From: a virus
Taxonomy: Duplodnaviria; Caudoviricetes
Strand: one strand, 5' to 3'
Virus record (IMG/VR): IMGVR_UViG_3300036880_000015
Span: 873-64,872 of that record
Length of the DNA: 64,000 nucleotides
Under the pieces are notes generated by a model that saw nothing but the letters and a program-made list of their open reading frames with translations, was not told the DNA's origin and did not search any database. The first letter of the stretch is position 1; every line of letters starts with the position of its first letter. Position numbers and translations under genes: made by a program. This document shows positions 53,890 through 62,100 of this stretch, piece after piece.

Positions 53890-54642
53890 GCGGTCCTCGC
53901 TTTCTGGCCGCGCCGGAAGCACTCCGCCATGCGCTCGTTGACCACTTCCGGCTTGAAGAATCCTTCCCGTATGTCTGCCAAGAGTAGGTCTTTTGATCTC
54001 CTCCGGCACTCCTGACGCATGGATACGCAATGCAGCAGCTTCCCACGGATCGCCACTTACATAGGGTCCAACTTGTACCCATTTGTTCTCAGGCCAATCC
54101 TCTTTCGTGGCAGGGCGCACGATGCAATAATCAGCGGATGGTGCTCCGCTTGCGTCGGGCATCTCCGTTGCGCCGGGATAAACCGCCAACACGCGCTGTT
54201 TCGCATCCAGAACTTCTGGATTCGACTTCTTCTTGCACGGGCAACTGTCTCCTATGAAGTAGGTTCCGCAGTCCAAGCAGCGAATCGGCGAACGCAAGAA
54301 TTCCCCTCCTAAGCGAACCTGCTCTTCGGTCGGCTTCCATGGCCGATACTCACCGTCCGAACCTTTGACATAAAAATCAACGCGGTCCACTTCCGGCTCC
54401 GGAGCGAGGTACATCCGGCGCTGCCACTCGGCGATTACCTCATCCATACAAACATGAGCATCTGCCGCCATGTCACTCAATTGTTGTTCGGTTGGCACCT
54501 GCGGGTTCTCTGACTGCCAGCGCAGAGCCGCTTCGAGAAATTCCCAATACGCCACGATGTTTGGCGTATGCGCTGGATCGTCGAGAGACATCAACGCAGC
54601 CCCTCTCATCCCTTCCGGTAATACGTATCGCTTTTCGCTCAT
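53886..54642 (-). CDS. Hypothetical protein containing a +1 frameshift at about 53991
   Basis: Frame 0 reads into the next gene; the +1 frame gives PEEIKDLLLADIREGFF...RRGQKARTA* ending in an ATGA overlap. Confidence 0.5.
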
Positions 54643-54818
54643 GGATTCACCTCTTTCTTTGGGCGACCGTAAATCCTCAAACTTAACTCCGGCCACCGGC
54701 TCTCGTCGCCTCGCGTTTCTTTGGCGAGTTGCTTCAGATAGGCCAAATCTTCCGGTTCGTCGGCGTAGAAGGTTCGGCCATAACCCATACCACTCGCAAA
54801 GAGTTTATGTTTGGTCAT
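54639..54818 (-). CDS. Hypothetical protein (59 aa)
   Basis: Manual translation MTKHKLFASGMGYG...; ATGA overlaps at both ends. Confidence 0.5.
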   Translation of the reverse strand: MTKHKLFASGMGYGRTFYADEPEDLAYLKQLAKETRGDESRWPELSLRIYGRPKKEVNP

Positions 54819-54997
54819 CTGCGCAATCCTCGCATCTCGCAGTATTGACTATAGGGAATAAGAACAGCCAATGTCTCATGGCGCTTGGTTACGACAAACT
54901 TCAAGCACTCCATCTCTCGCAAGTCTTTTCTTGTAAGACGGCTGAGTTTGGAAATTGACAGATGTTTCGTATCGCCCTTGTTACGCAGATGAGCCAT
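54815..54997 (-). CDS. Phd/YefM-like antitoxin-type protein
   Basis: LSISKL...FVVTKRHETLAVLIPYSQY; TAATG coupling to the integrase. Confidence 0.55.
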   Translation of the reverse strand: MAHLRNKGDTKHLSISKLSRLTRKDLREMECLKFVVTKRHETLAVLIPYSQYCEMRGLRR

Positions 54998-56142
54998 TAC
55001 GCGGTCCTCCGTGGCAGCATCTCCACAATCTTAGCGTTCTCGGGCCGCAGATGCTCCGCGCTATCCCGGCCGCCATAGGTGTTGATCGTCGTCGCGATTT
55101 TGGCGTGACGCATCAGGCCGCGCTGCGTCTCCATGTCGATGCCGAGAGTGCGCATCATGGCGCGGTGCGTATGCCTGAAAGAATGGAAGCCAAGCCCAGG
55201 CAGACCGATGCGCTCGCCAGCCGGCTGCAGGTACTCTGCGCGCAACCAATCTCGATCTAATGGCCTTCCCGTCCGCTCCGAGCAGAAAATCCAGCGGCTC
55301 TTGAGTGCTTCGTGCGTCTTCCAGCCGCGCAGAATTTCGATGAGCGCGTCGTGGAGCGGCAACGTGGCCGCCGAAGTCTTGCTCTTCGTGTCGTTGGCCT
55401 TGCCGTGGACTACGCTGCGCTGGATGTGGATGGTTTTGGCCTCGAAATTGCAGTCTTCCCATCGGAGGCCGAGGATCTCACTGACGCGCAAGCCGAGCCC
55501 TGCCGCCATTTGTACCATGACTTTCACGACCTCCGGCAACTGCGGATCGTCGAGCAATGCCTGGTACTGATCCAACGTGAGGATAACGAGTTCCTTGGCG
55601 CGCGCGTTCCCTTTCAACCTTACCAACTCAAGAGGATTTCTCTGCGTCTGCAGCGCGCCCCACTTCATCCCGTGCTCGATGAGGGTATGGAAGATATTCT
55701 TGACCTGGGCGCAAAACAATGGGGAGACTGGCGGCTTGACGCCGGGTTTGGGGTGGCGCCCGATCACCTTGAGATCTTTGAGCCAATCCTCCACGGCAAC
55801 CATGTCGAGTGAGAACTGGTCGAGGCGCACATCACCCCACCGCTCGCGGATTCTCCGAAAGATTGACTTGTAGCTGGCCGCGGTCGCTTCGCGCTCCGGC
55901 ATGGCCTCGCGCTCGTACTTGTCGATGAGATTGCCCACGGTGATGATCTCTGTCGGCGTGAAGTTGATGATACTGCGCATCTTCTCGGCTGCTTTCTCTG
56001 CCGAGGCCTTCGTCGGATGCTGCTTGATGGTCCCGATGTAATCTGAGCGCTGAATGCCGTCGAGCCGATAGCGCAATCGCCAGATGTCGCCCGACTTCTG
56101 ATGGACTCGAATGACGCTGCCTTTTTGCCAGGAGGTTCGCAT
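54997..56142 (-). CDS. int: Tyrosine recombinase/integrase
   Basis: GLRVSEILGLRWED, K, FHSFRHT, LMRH and TINTY catalytic residues; N-terminal arm-binding region. Confidence 0.93.
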   Translation of the reverse strand: MRTSWQKGSVIRVHQKSGDIWRLRYRLDGIQRSDYIGTIKQHPTKASAEKAAEKMRSIINFTPTEIITVGNLIDKYEREAMPEREATAASYKSIFRRIRERWGDVRLDQFSLDMVAVEDWLKDLKVIGRHPKPGVKPPVSPLFCAQVKNIFHTLIEHGMKWGALQTQRNPLELVRLKGNARAKELVILTLDQYQALLDDPQLPEVVKVMVQMAAGLGLRVSEILGLRWEDCNFEAKTIHIQRSVVHGKANDTKSKTSAATLPLHDALIEILRGWKTHEALKSRWIFCSERTGRPLDRDWLRAEYLQPAGERIGLPGLGFHSFRHTHRAMMRTLGIDMETQRGLMRHAKIATTINTYGGRDSAEHLRPENAKIVEMLPRRTA

Positions 56143-56168
56143 CGGTGGTTCCTTTCCTTACGATTCCC

Positions 56169-56198
56169 ATTATAAACACAAATCAAAACTAATTGCAA
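56169..56198 (-). promoter_or_regulatory. Integrase promoter
   Basis: TTGCAA-18-TATAAT. Confidence 0.65.
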
Positions 56199-56203
56199 GC
56201 GTG

Positions 56204-56240
56204 AAATTAAAACGACGGGCAACTTTACGTCACCCGCCGT
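56204..56240 (-). terminator. Rho-independent terminator upstream of the integrase
   Basis: ACGGCGGGTGAC-loop-GTTGCCCGTCGT-TTTAATTT on the minus strand. Confidence 0.6.
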
Positions 56241-56270
56241 CAACTCGTCTCTTCTCGCCGGCAGATGCCG

Positions 56271-56576
56271 TTACTTGAGGGTGATAAAACTGGTGAAGTT
56301 GTCCTCGACGCAGATGGCAACGTAGTTCGCCACGGTGCGCCGTTCCTGTTTGGCCGCCGCTTCCAGGGCCGCGTACTGGTCCGGGTTGAGCTGCAAGAGA
56401 ACGCCCTTGGTCCCTGCGGGCCGGTTGGATTTGCGCTCCTTCGTGACTCCGGCCGGAGGTTCTGCTGCGGGTGCTGCGGGTTGATGCGCCGGGTTGAGCT
56501 TCTCCAGGCGCTTGTTGGCTTCTTCGATCTTCTCTTCGCTGAGCCGTTCCGTGTCAAACGATGTTGCGTGTGCCAT
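56271..56576 (-). CDS. Protein with C-terminal ribbon-helix-helix domain
   Basis: GVLLQLNPDQYAALEAAAKQERRTVANYVAICVE. Confidence 0.7.
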   Translation of the reverse strand: MAHATSFDTERLSEEKIEEANKRLEKLNPAHQPAAPAAEPPAGVTKERKSNRPAGTKGVLLQLNPDQYAALEAAAKQERRTVANYVAICVEDNFTSFITLK

Positions 56577-56629
56577 TTTCTCTTTCTCCTCGTCTTTGGA
56601 TTTGTGGTGCGTTGGGTGATTGGTGGGTA

Positions 56630-56866
56630 TCAGTCAGGAATCTTGCAACGTTCGGGATGCTCTTCATAAAAGCGAGCTATTGCATCCCGATGCTCAATGA
56701 CTCGCTGAATCTTTCCTTGGTTGACACCCTTCTCGCGCGCTTTCATGAGCCAGAAGTCAACGGTTTCAAGAGCCAGTAGGTCTTTGCCGAATACGCAGAA
56801 TATCGGCATGTCTGGATCTTCTTCAAAAAGCCTCTTCAATCGATCGATACAGCATTGTGCTGGCAT
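56630..56866 (-). CDS. Conserved small phage protein
   Basis: PIFCVFGKDLLA..TV.FW...K.PD motif; AAGGAG SD. Confidence 0.6.
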   Translation of the reverse strand: MPAQCCIDRLKRLFEEDPDMPIFCVFGKDLLALETVDFWLMKAREKGVNQGKIQRVIEHRDAIARFYEEHPERCKIPD

Positions 56867-56905
56867 CGTCTCAGTTCTCCTTTCTGTGGTGCGTTGAAAG
56901 TGATA

Positions 56906-57157
56906 TTACTGTTTTCCGCTCAATAGTTTCGCGAGCATCTCCTGATCCCCAATCATCGAAGCGCCTAACATCTCGACTTCTTCTCCATCGGATTCGTAGG
57001 AGTCTGCGTAGATCAGCAGGATATTGGCAATCTTGTGCTTCTTGCGCAACTCCACGACTTCCTCGAAGAATTGGTGGTGCGCTGCTTGAAGAGCCTCCCG
57101 GCTCTCATGCGGTTCGCTCATCTCTCGAAACAACTTCTGGTCTTGTGGCATATCCAT
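56906..57157 (-). CDS. Hypothetical protein
   Basis: AAGGA SD. Confidence 0.55.
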   Translation of the reverse strand: MDMPQDQKLFREMSEPHESREALQAAHHQFFEEVVELRKKHKIANILLIYADSYESDGEEVEMLGASMIGDQEMLAKLLSGKQ

Positions 57158-57363
57158 TCCTTTCTGCGTTGAAAGTGATGCGCGGTCCGGCCTCGATTTA
57201 GGCTTGCGCCATCTCCACTCCGGCTATGTGTACATGACGATGCTCTGCCGCGCATTGCGATAGCTTCTCATCGCGGATCAATACCATCACCGCTGATCTT
57301 GGGTTCTCCCGCTAAGGAGATTACCTCTGCGCGTATCGCGCCGCTATCTATTTCTCTGCCAGC

Positions 57364-57600
57364 TTACCCGAGGGGAAGTCGGCAACACACTTGCATCGTC
57401 TTCAGAGACTCGAAGAAATAAACGAACTGATCGTGGTTCTTTTCTTCGCCGCAGAAGGCCGTGGCGATCTTCCCTTCCTCTTTGGTTTTGTAGTAGAGGT
57501 GGCTCATCATCCCATCGACGTAGACGGGCGTCCCCTTCATATAAGGAACCACTTGCAAATCGCGCGTTCCATACCAGAACCATCCCCTCATCTGCTGCAT
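57364..57600 (-). CDS. Hypothetical protein
   Basis: Operon-packed ORF. Confidence 0.5.
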   Translation of the reverse strand: MQQMRGWFWYGTRDLQVVPYMKGTPVYVDGMMSHLYYKTKEEGKIATAFCGEEKNHDQFVYFFESLKTMQVCCRLPLG

Positions 57601-57603
57601 TTC

Positions 57604-57930
57604 CTACACCCCCTCATCAGGTATTCCCAATTTCGAGGATACATCTTTGATGTTCCCATCGACTCGAAAACTCGTATTTCCACCACGCAGGAAGATAGTG
57701 CATCCGCCGAAAGATGAATCGCACACAGATGAAACTTCTTTGGGGTCCACAGCCGTTTTATAGGCACCCTTAGAAAACCACACCCACTTCTTCTCAGCCT
57801 CCACACTCGCACCTTCATGCTCGGAAAGGAACTGTGAAAATAGTGAACTGATACAACGCCCTTCTCTGGTTTGAATCTTTTCCCATAAAGGAAGGTCTAC
57901 GTCTTTTACGTAAATCGTTTTGTTCCCCAT
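57604..57930 (-). CDS. RHH-like plus FlbD-like two-domain protein
   Basis: NKTIYVKDVDLPLWEK...ISSLF; C-terminus resembles 51666-52070. Confidence 0.5.
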   Translation of the reverse strand: MGNKTIYVKDVDLPLWEKIQTREGRCISSLFSQFLSEHEGASVEAEKKWVWFSKGAYKTAVDPKEVSSVCDSSFGGCTIFLRGGNTSFRVDGNIKDVSSKLGIPDEGV

Positions 57931-57959
57931 AACCCCATACCGCCAGTCCAAAATTTGGA

Positions 57960-58391
57960 CTAATTCTCCCGCGTTCCGTGAAGGGGGCATCTCTTGTGAA
58001 ACCCCATCCGGCAAGTGCAATTTGGATCGACGTACCGCATAATCATGTCCTTAGAGTGAGAAACCAAGCCTTGAATCCTCTTATCTGTCTCAGCCTCAAT
58101 GGAGCCCATTCCACGAGCCACGATGTTTTGATAATAACAGTTACCCATCTCTGGCCTTATCCCTCCCTTCACTTGGATGCAAAACTGAGCAGCCGAATCG
58201 AGGGAGTTCTGAGCTTCCTTGAATCCTGTGAATTTTTCCCACGCCACTTCACCGGGGCCGTTACCTTGGAAATAATGCCGCCAATCAGTCGCTCGGATTG
58301 TCCGAATAAATCCAGGCAACCGATCCACGATCATTGCGAACCATCCGACCTCAAACTCTTCTCCATCCCGGTAAATCGTCCATGTCCCCAT
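57960..58391 (-). CDS. Hypothetical protein
   Basis: GAGGAGG SD; C-terminal CTC....CPLHG. Confidence 0.55.
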   Translation of the reverse strand: MGTWTIYRDGEEFEVGWFAMIVDRLPGFIRTIRATDWRHYFQGNGPGEVAWEKFTGFKEAQNSLDSAAQFCIQVKGGIRPEMGNCYYQNIVARGMGSIEAETDKRIQGLVSHSKDMIMRYVDPNCTCRMGFHKRCPLHGTREN

Positions 58392-58446
58392 ATCACCCTC
58401 CTCTGTCAGATACATCATACTCTAAGTCGCCGGAGTGGCAGAGAAG

Positions 58447-58725
58447 TTAAACCAATTTGATTTTGGTCGATTCAGTAGACAAGAGACTTTCATAGCGCTC
58501 TTTCTCGCGCTCCATCTCGTCGGCGACAGCCGCTTCGTACTCCGCCAGGGTGATGATGCCTTTGCCGATCAACAGGCGCGCAATCGCCGCATCGTTGACC
58601 ATGGCAGAGTTCACGCCAACTCTCAGGTGCTTCGGGGTTGTCTCCGCAGTACCTCTCTCCATACACACGGCAACACCGGATTGCATTGCGTGAGCCGCCC
58701 ATACATACCGATCCTGATCGCTCAA
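58447..58725 (-). CDS. Conserved phage protein
   Basis: HAMQSGVA...PKHLRVGVNSAMV..LLI.KGIIT..EY. Confidence 0.65.
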   Translation of the reverse strand: MSDQDRYVWAAHAMQSGVAVCMERGTAETTPKHLRVGVNSAMVNDAAIARLLIGKGIITLAEYEAAVADEMEREKERYESLLSTESTKIKLV

Positions 58726-58964
58726 GATGTAACTCCTTTCAAATTCTTCACCACATCCACAACCTGTCCAACCGTCATCGCCGCGGTGATCGCGCTGTCG
58801 GGGATTATGATGTCAAACTCTTCTTCGAGATCCTGGGCAAGTTCGACCAGTTCGATCGAGTCTAGCCCAAGATCGTCTACAAGGGTATTATCATCCGTGA
58901 CGCTTGCAATGTCAATACCGAAGTTGAAGAGAACGCTGCGTACTTGCTTTGAGATTGTGTCCAC
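58722..58964 (-). CDS. acpP: Acyl carrier protein
   Basis: DDLGLDSIELVELAQDLEEEFDIIIPD...TVGQVVD with the phosphopantetheine-attachment Ser. Confidence 0.88.
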   Translation of the reverse strand: MDTISKQVRSVLFNFGIDIASVTDDNTLVDDLGLDSIELVELAQDLEEEFDIIIPDSAITAAMTVGQVVDVVKNLKGVTS

Positions 58965-59749
58965 TATGCTGCCTCTTTCTTGGCCAATTCGATCTCGGCC
59001 AGTCGTTGATCACGTTCATTGGGGAAGTTAAGGCGAGCAAAGTCGCCAAAGAGTTCCAGGGCTTTGCGATCATAGGCGCGGGCGGCTGTTTCAGATTTCT
59101 CGTAGGAGCCGAGGAAATATTCGCGCCCCATGTACGCCAATCTTGACCTATACCCGACACTGTTTTTGTTTGTACGAACACCCTTAAATCCTGTCTTGTT
59201 GTTGCAGGTTTTACCACGATTAGCCCCGTTCTGTGAAGCGTTGCATGGTCTTAAATTGCCTTGTGTATTGTTTAATCCGCATCCATCTGCGTGATCGAGG
59301 GCCGGTAGCCCATATCTATCTGCAATTTCGCTGTGCATCGACGGCACGGCATGTTTTCCATTTCCGTCTGAATCCCAGATGTTCCTAAAAGCATAGTACC
59401 CTGGCTTCCCTATCCTAGCCTTCCTCGCATACCACTTCCACTGCATTAGCCATAGATAATCAGACTCCCATACAATCGCAAAGAGTGTCTGTGATAAGGG
59501 AATTAACCGACAATAGACGCCATCTATCTTGAACGGTTGCGCTTCTTCAATCACGGGCCGAATACGCCCTTGATGGCCTTTGATATATCGCGCCGGCATA
59601 CCCTTGAAGTAACCGTTGTGTGGGAAATGATATTTTGCGATAGTTGTTTTCTCGCCGCATCCGCAATGGCACTCCCCAAACGGAATTTTGCAGTTGAGAT
59701 CACGGCAGATGCAGAGTCCTGGTGGTAAACTTGGTAAATGGGGTGGCAT
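58964..59749 (-). CDS. HNH-AP2 homing endonuclease
   Basis: CHCGCG, DHADGCGLNN..NLR, TGFKGV...YFLGSY...AARAYD..A..LFGDFARLNFP. Confidence 0.88.
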   Translation of the reverse strand: MPPHLPSLPPGLCICRDLNCKIPFGECHCGCGEKTTIAKYHFPHNGYFKGMPARYIKGHQGRIRPVIEEAQPFKIDGVYCRLIPLSQTLFAIVWESDYLWLMQWKWYARKARIGKPGYYAFRNIWDSDGNGKHAVPSMHSEIADRYGLPALDHADGCGLNNTQGNLRPCNASQNGANRGKTCNNKTGFKGVRTNKNSVGYRSRLAYMGREYFLGSYEKSETAARAYDRKALELFGDFARLNFPNERDQRLAEIELAKKEAA

Positions 59750-59808
59750 ATCGTCCTCCTGAGACGGTGTGGCGTGAGCCGGGCGTTTACAGCGCCCGTC
59801 ACCCTTCA

Positions 59809-61233
59809 TTATACACCCCTCGCCAGATTGTCGAACCGAACAATTTCCGCTTGAAATGCCAATTTGATGACGCCGGTACTCCCATTCCTCTGTTTAAGAA
59901 TCAGCAGTTCCGCCAACCCCTTCACGTCCTCATCGTCAGGACGATAGTAGGCGTCCCGATGAATCGCCGTAACAACGTCGGCATCTTGCTCAAGTTGTCC
60001 ACTTGATCTCAAATCAGACAGGATCGGGCGCTTGTCTTGACGGCCCTCATTGTTCCGATTCAATTGAGCTAGGGCAACGACACTCGTTTCCAGTTCTTTT
60101 GCACACGCCTTCAGTGATTTCGATACGATAGACACACCTTCTTGCTCGTTGGATACCTTGCGCCCTGGGTCTAACAATTGCGCATAGTCCACGGCGATCA
60201 AGTCAAGTCTCCCGTATTTTTGTTTCACCCTGCGCGCTTTTGCCCGCATCTGAGTTGGTGTTAGAGTGGATGAATCATCGATGATAAGATGAGATTCCAC
60301 GAGCGCATTGAGGGCGTTGTGCAGTTTTTCCCTTTCGAGTTTGCTGAGATACCATCCACTCATCGCTCGCTTGACATCGACTCGTGCAATAGCTGACAGC
60401 AACCTTCTCTCGATAGCAGATCGGCTCATCTCTAAACTGAAAAACAAGGCGACGTTATCGGTCCCAAGGCATACATTCTGTAGGATATTAGCCAGAAGCC
60501 CAGTCTTCCCGATTGAAGGTCGTGCGGCTATCACAGTAAGTTCTGATTTCTGCAACCCGCCAGTAGCGTTATCGTAATCTAGGAATCCGGTCATCAGCCC
60601 CGTTTTTTCGACAGGGTTGATAATTGGAGCCATGTAGGAATCGACTCCACCCGCGACCTCAACAGACTCTGCTACTGTCCTTGGCCTTTCGCAGATTGCA
60701 CTTTGCGCGATCTCTAGCAATTGCGACTCGGCAGCTTCGAGTATCTCCAGCGCCGTCTCGCTCTGATCCGCCGCGCGCGCAATGCCGGCGGAGAAGATCA
60801 GCATCATCTTGCGCAGGCGGCTCTTATCGAGGACCAGCCGGATATACTCGCTGATCACCGGGCGCCGGGGAAGCCCCTCCGTCAAACCAGCCAAAAAAGC
60901 CACTCCGCCGATAGTGTCCCGTTCCTTATAACGGTCGAGCTCCGCGGAGAGCGTCACAATGTCGACCGCTTGGTTCGCGTCGATCAGTTCACTTATGCGC
61001 AGGAATATGCGGCGATGGCTGTCGAGGCTGAAATCATCCTCGGAGAGCTTCTCGGCGGCCTCGTTGAAAGCGGCATTGTCTAAGAGCACGCTCCCTAATA
61101 TCGTTCGTTCCGCATCCACATTGGCTGGCAACCCGCTATCGAACGCCAGATTGGGCAGAGTTCTCCCGCGGCCTCGCTCTGCTGGCGGCTCAGGCGCTTT
61201 GTCGGGAAGCCGAAATTCTTGCAGGTCAGCCAC
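59809..61233 (-). CDS. dnaB: Replicative DNA helicase
   Basis: AERTILG, AARPSIGKT, FSLEMS, VDYAQL, AQLNR, DLRSSGQLEQDAD and KQRNG motifs. Confidence 0.96.
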   Translation of the reverse strand: MADLQEFRLPDKAPEPPAERGRGRTLPNLAFDSGLPANVDAERTILGSVLLDNAAFNEAAEKLSEDDFSLDSHRRIFLRISELIDANQAVDIVTLSAELDRYKERDTIGGVAFLAGLTEGLPRRPVISEYIRLVLDKSRLRKMMLIFSAGIARAADQSETALEILEAAESQLLEIAQSAICERPRTVAESVEVAGGVDSYMAPIINPVEKTGLMTGFLDYDNATGGLQKSELTVIAARPSIGKTGLLANILQNVCLGTDNVALFFSLEMSRSAIERRLLSAIARVDVKRAMSGWYLSKLEREKLHNALNALVESHLIIDDSSTLTPTQMRAKARRVKQKYGRLDLIAVDYAQLLDPGRKVSNEQEGVSIVSKSLKACAKELETSVVALAQLNRNNEGRQDKRPILSDLRSSGQLEQDADVVTAIHRDAYYRPDDEDVKGLAELLILKQRNGSTGVIKLAFQAEIVRFDNLARGV

Positions 61234-61236
61234 TAC

Positions 61237-61362
61237 TTACCCTTCCAGTTGAATCACAATCCCGAAGCAGGGAACAGGCAGGATGTACACCCGGCGCTTC
61301 ACGCGGTCGATGTACACCCCCACCCATAAATCGCAAGGCTCGAAGATGAAGTAGAACTTCAT
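61237..61362 (-). CDS. Small hydrophobic protein (41 aa)
   Basis: Manual translation MKFYFIFEPCDLWVGVYIDR...YILPVPCFGIVI. Confidence 0.5.
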   Translation of the reverse strand: MKFYFIFEPCDLWVGVYIDRVKRRVYILPVPCFGIVIQLEG

Positions 61363-61580
61363 CCGACCTTCGTGAAAGTATGCTGGCCTTTGATGTCGGA
61401 GTGAAGGAATTCCCCGTGGCTGTCGGCGTCGGCGAATGCCTGGGCTTTGTCTGCGGAAACTTGATCGTAGACATAAGTTCCGCCGTGGTGAAAGCGAACG
61501 GTCAGCTTCTGTGAATCAGGATCGTAAGCCGCCGAATGGATGTTCTTGGATTGCTTGAGATTGAGAACCCGCTCTGCCAT
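61359..61580 (-). CDS. KTSC-domain protein
   Basis: SKNIHSAAYD...LTVRFHHGGTYVY..V......F..ADSHGEF...IK. Confidence 0.88.
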   Translation of the reverse strand: MAERVLNLKQSKNIHSAAYDPDSQKLTVRFHHGGTYVYDQVSADKAQAFADADSHGEFLHSDIKGQHTFTKVG

Positions 61581-61581
61581 A

Positions 61582-61800
61582 CTACACCTTTGCCTTTCCG
61601 GTTATGACGACTCTGACGGCGACTGGCCGCCCCTTTGGACCATCCTCAACTTCGTAATTAACCTGGTCCCCTTTGTTGAGTGTCCGATGGCCTTCCTGTA
61701 AAATCTCTGAATGATGCACAAAGTTGTCGGGTCCACCTTCATCGCTGCGGATGAAACCCCAGCCTTTTTTGTCGTCGAAACTGATTACTGTTCCTGTCAT
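61582..61800 (-). CDS. Cold-shock domain protein
   Basis: TGTV..FDDKKGWGFI (RNP1), FVHHSEI (RNP2), GPKG..A. Confidence 0.92.
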   Translation of the reverse strand: MTGTVISFDDKKGWGFIRSDEGGPDNFVHHSEILQEGHRTLNKGDQVNYEVEDGPKGRPVAVRVVITGKAKV

Positions 61801-62087
61801 GTCGTGCTGTTCCTTTCGTGAACAAAGTCGGCGAACCGCAAAAGCATTGCCGCTTCCTGGTCAAGTTTTGCTGCGATCCGCTCTTCGATCTTGTGGCTCT
61901 TTTCTTCCTCTTCCCTGCTCTGCAGAGGGAACTTTCGGCCCATCATTTGCTGTGCTAGTTGATGAGCCGCTTTGCGTTCTGCGTCGGAGGCAGGTGTCCG
62001 TGCGTAGCACTTGCGAGATTCAGCCCGCTTCGTTTTATCGTGCGCTTCTTTGCGGAGCCATTGCTCCAGTTCGATAGCCGTGTCCAT
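61797..62087 (-). CDS. Hypothetical protein
   Basis: GAAGGGG SD; ATGA coupling. Confidence 0.5.
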   Translation of the reverse strand: MDTAIELEQWLRKEAHDKTKRAESRKCYARTPASDAERKAAHQLAQQMMGRKFPLQSREEEEKSHKIEERIAAKLDQEAAMLLRFADFVHERNSTT

Positions 62088-62100
62088 GCGGACCCCTTCC

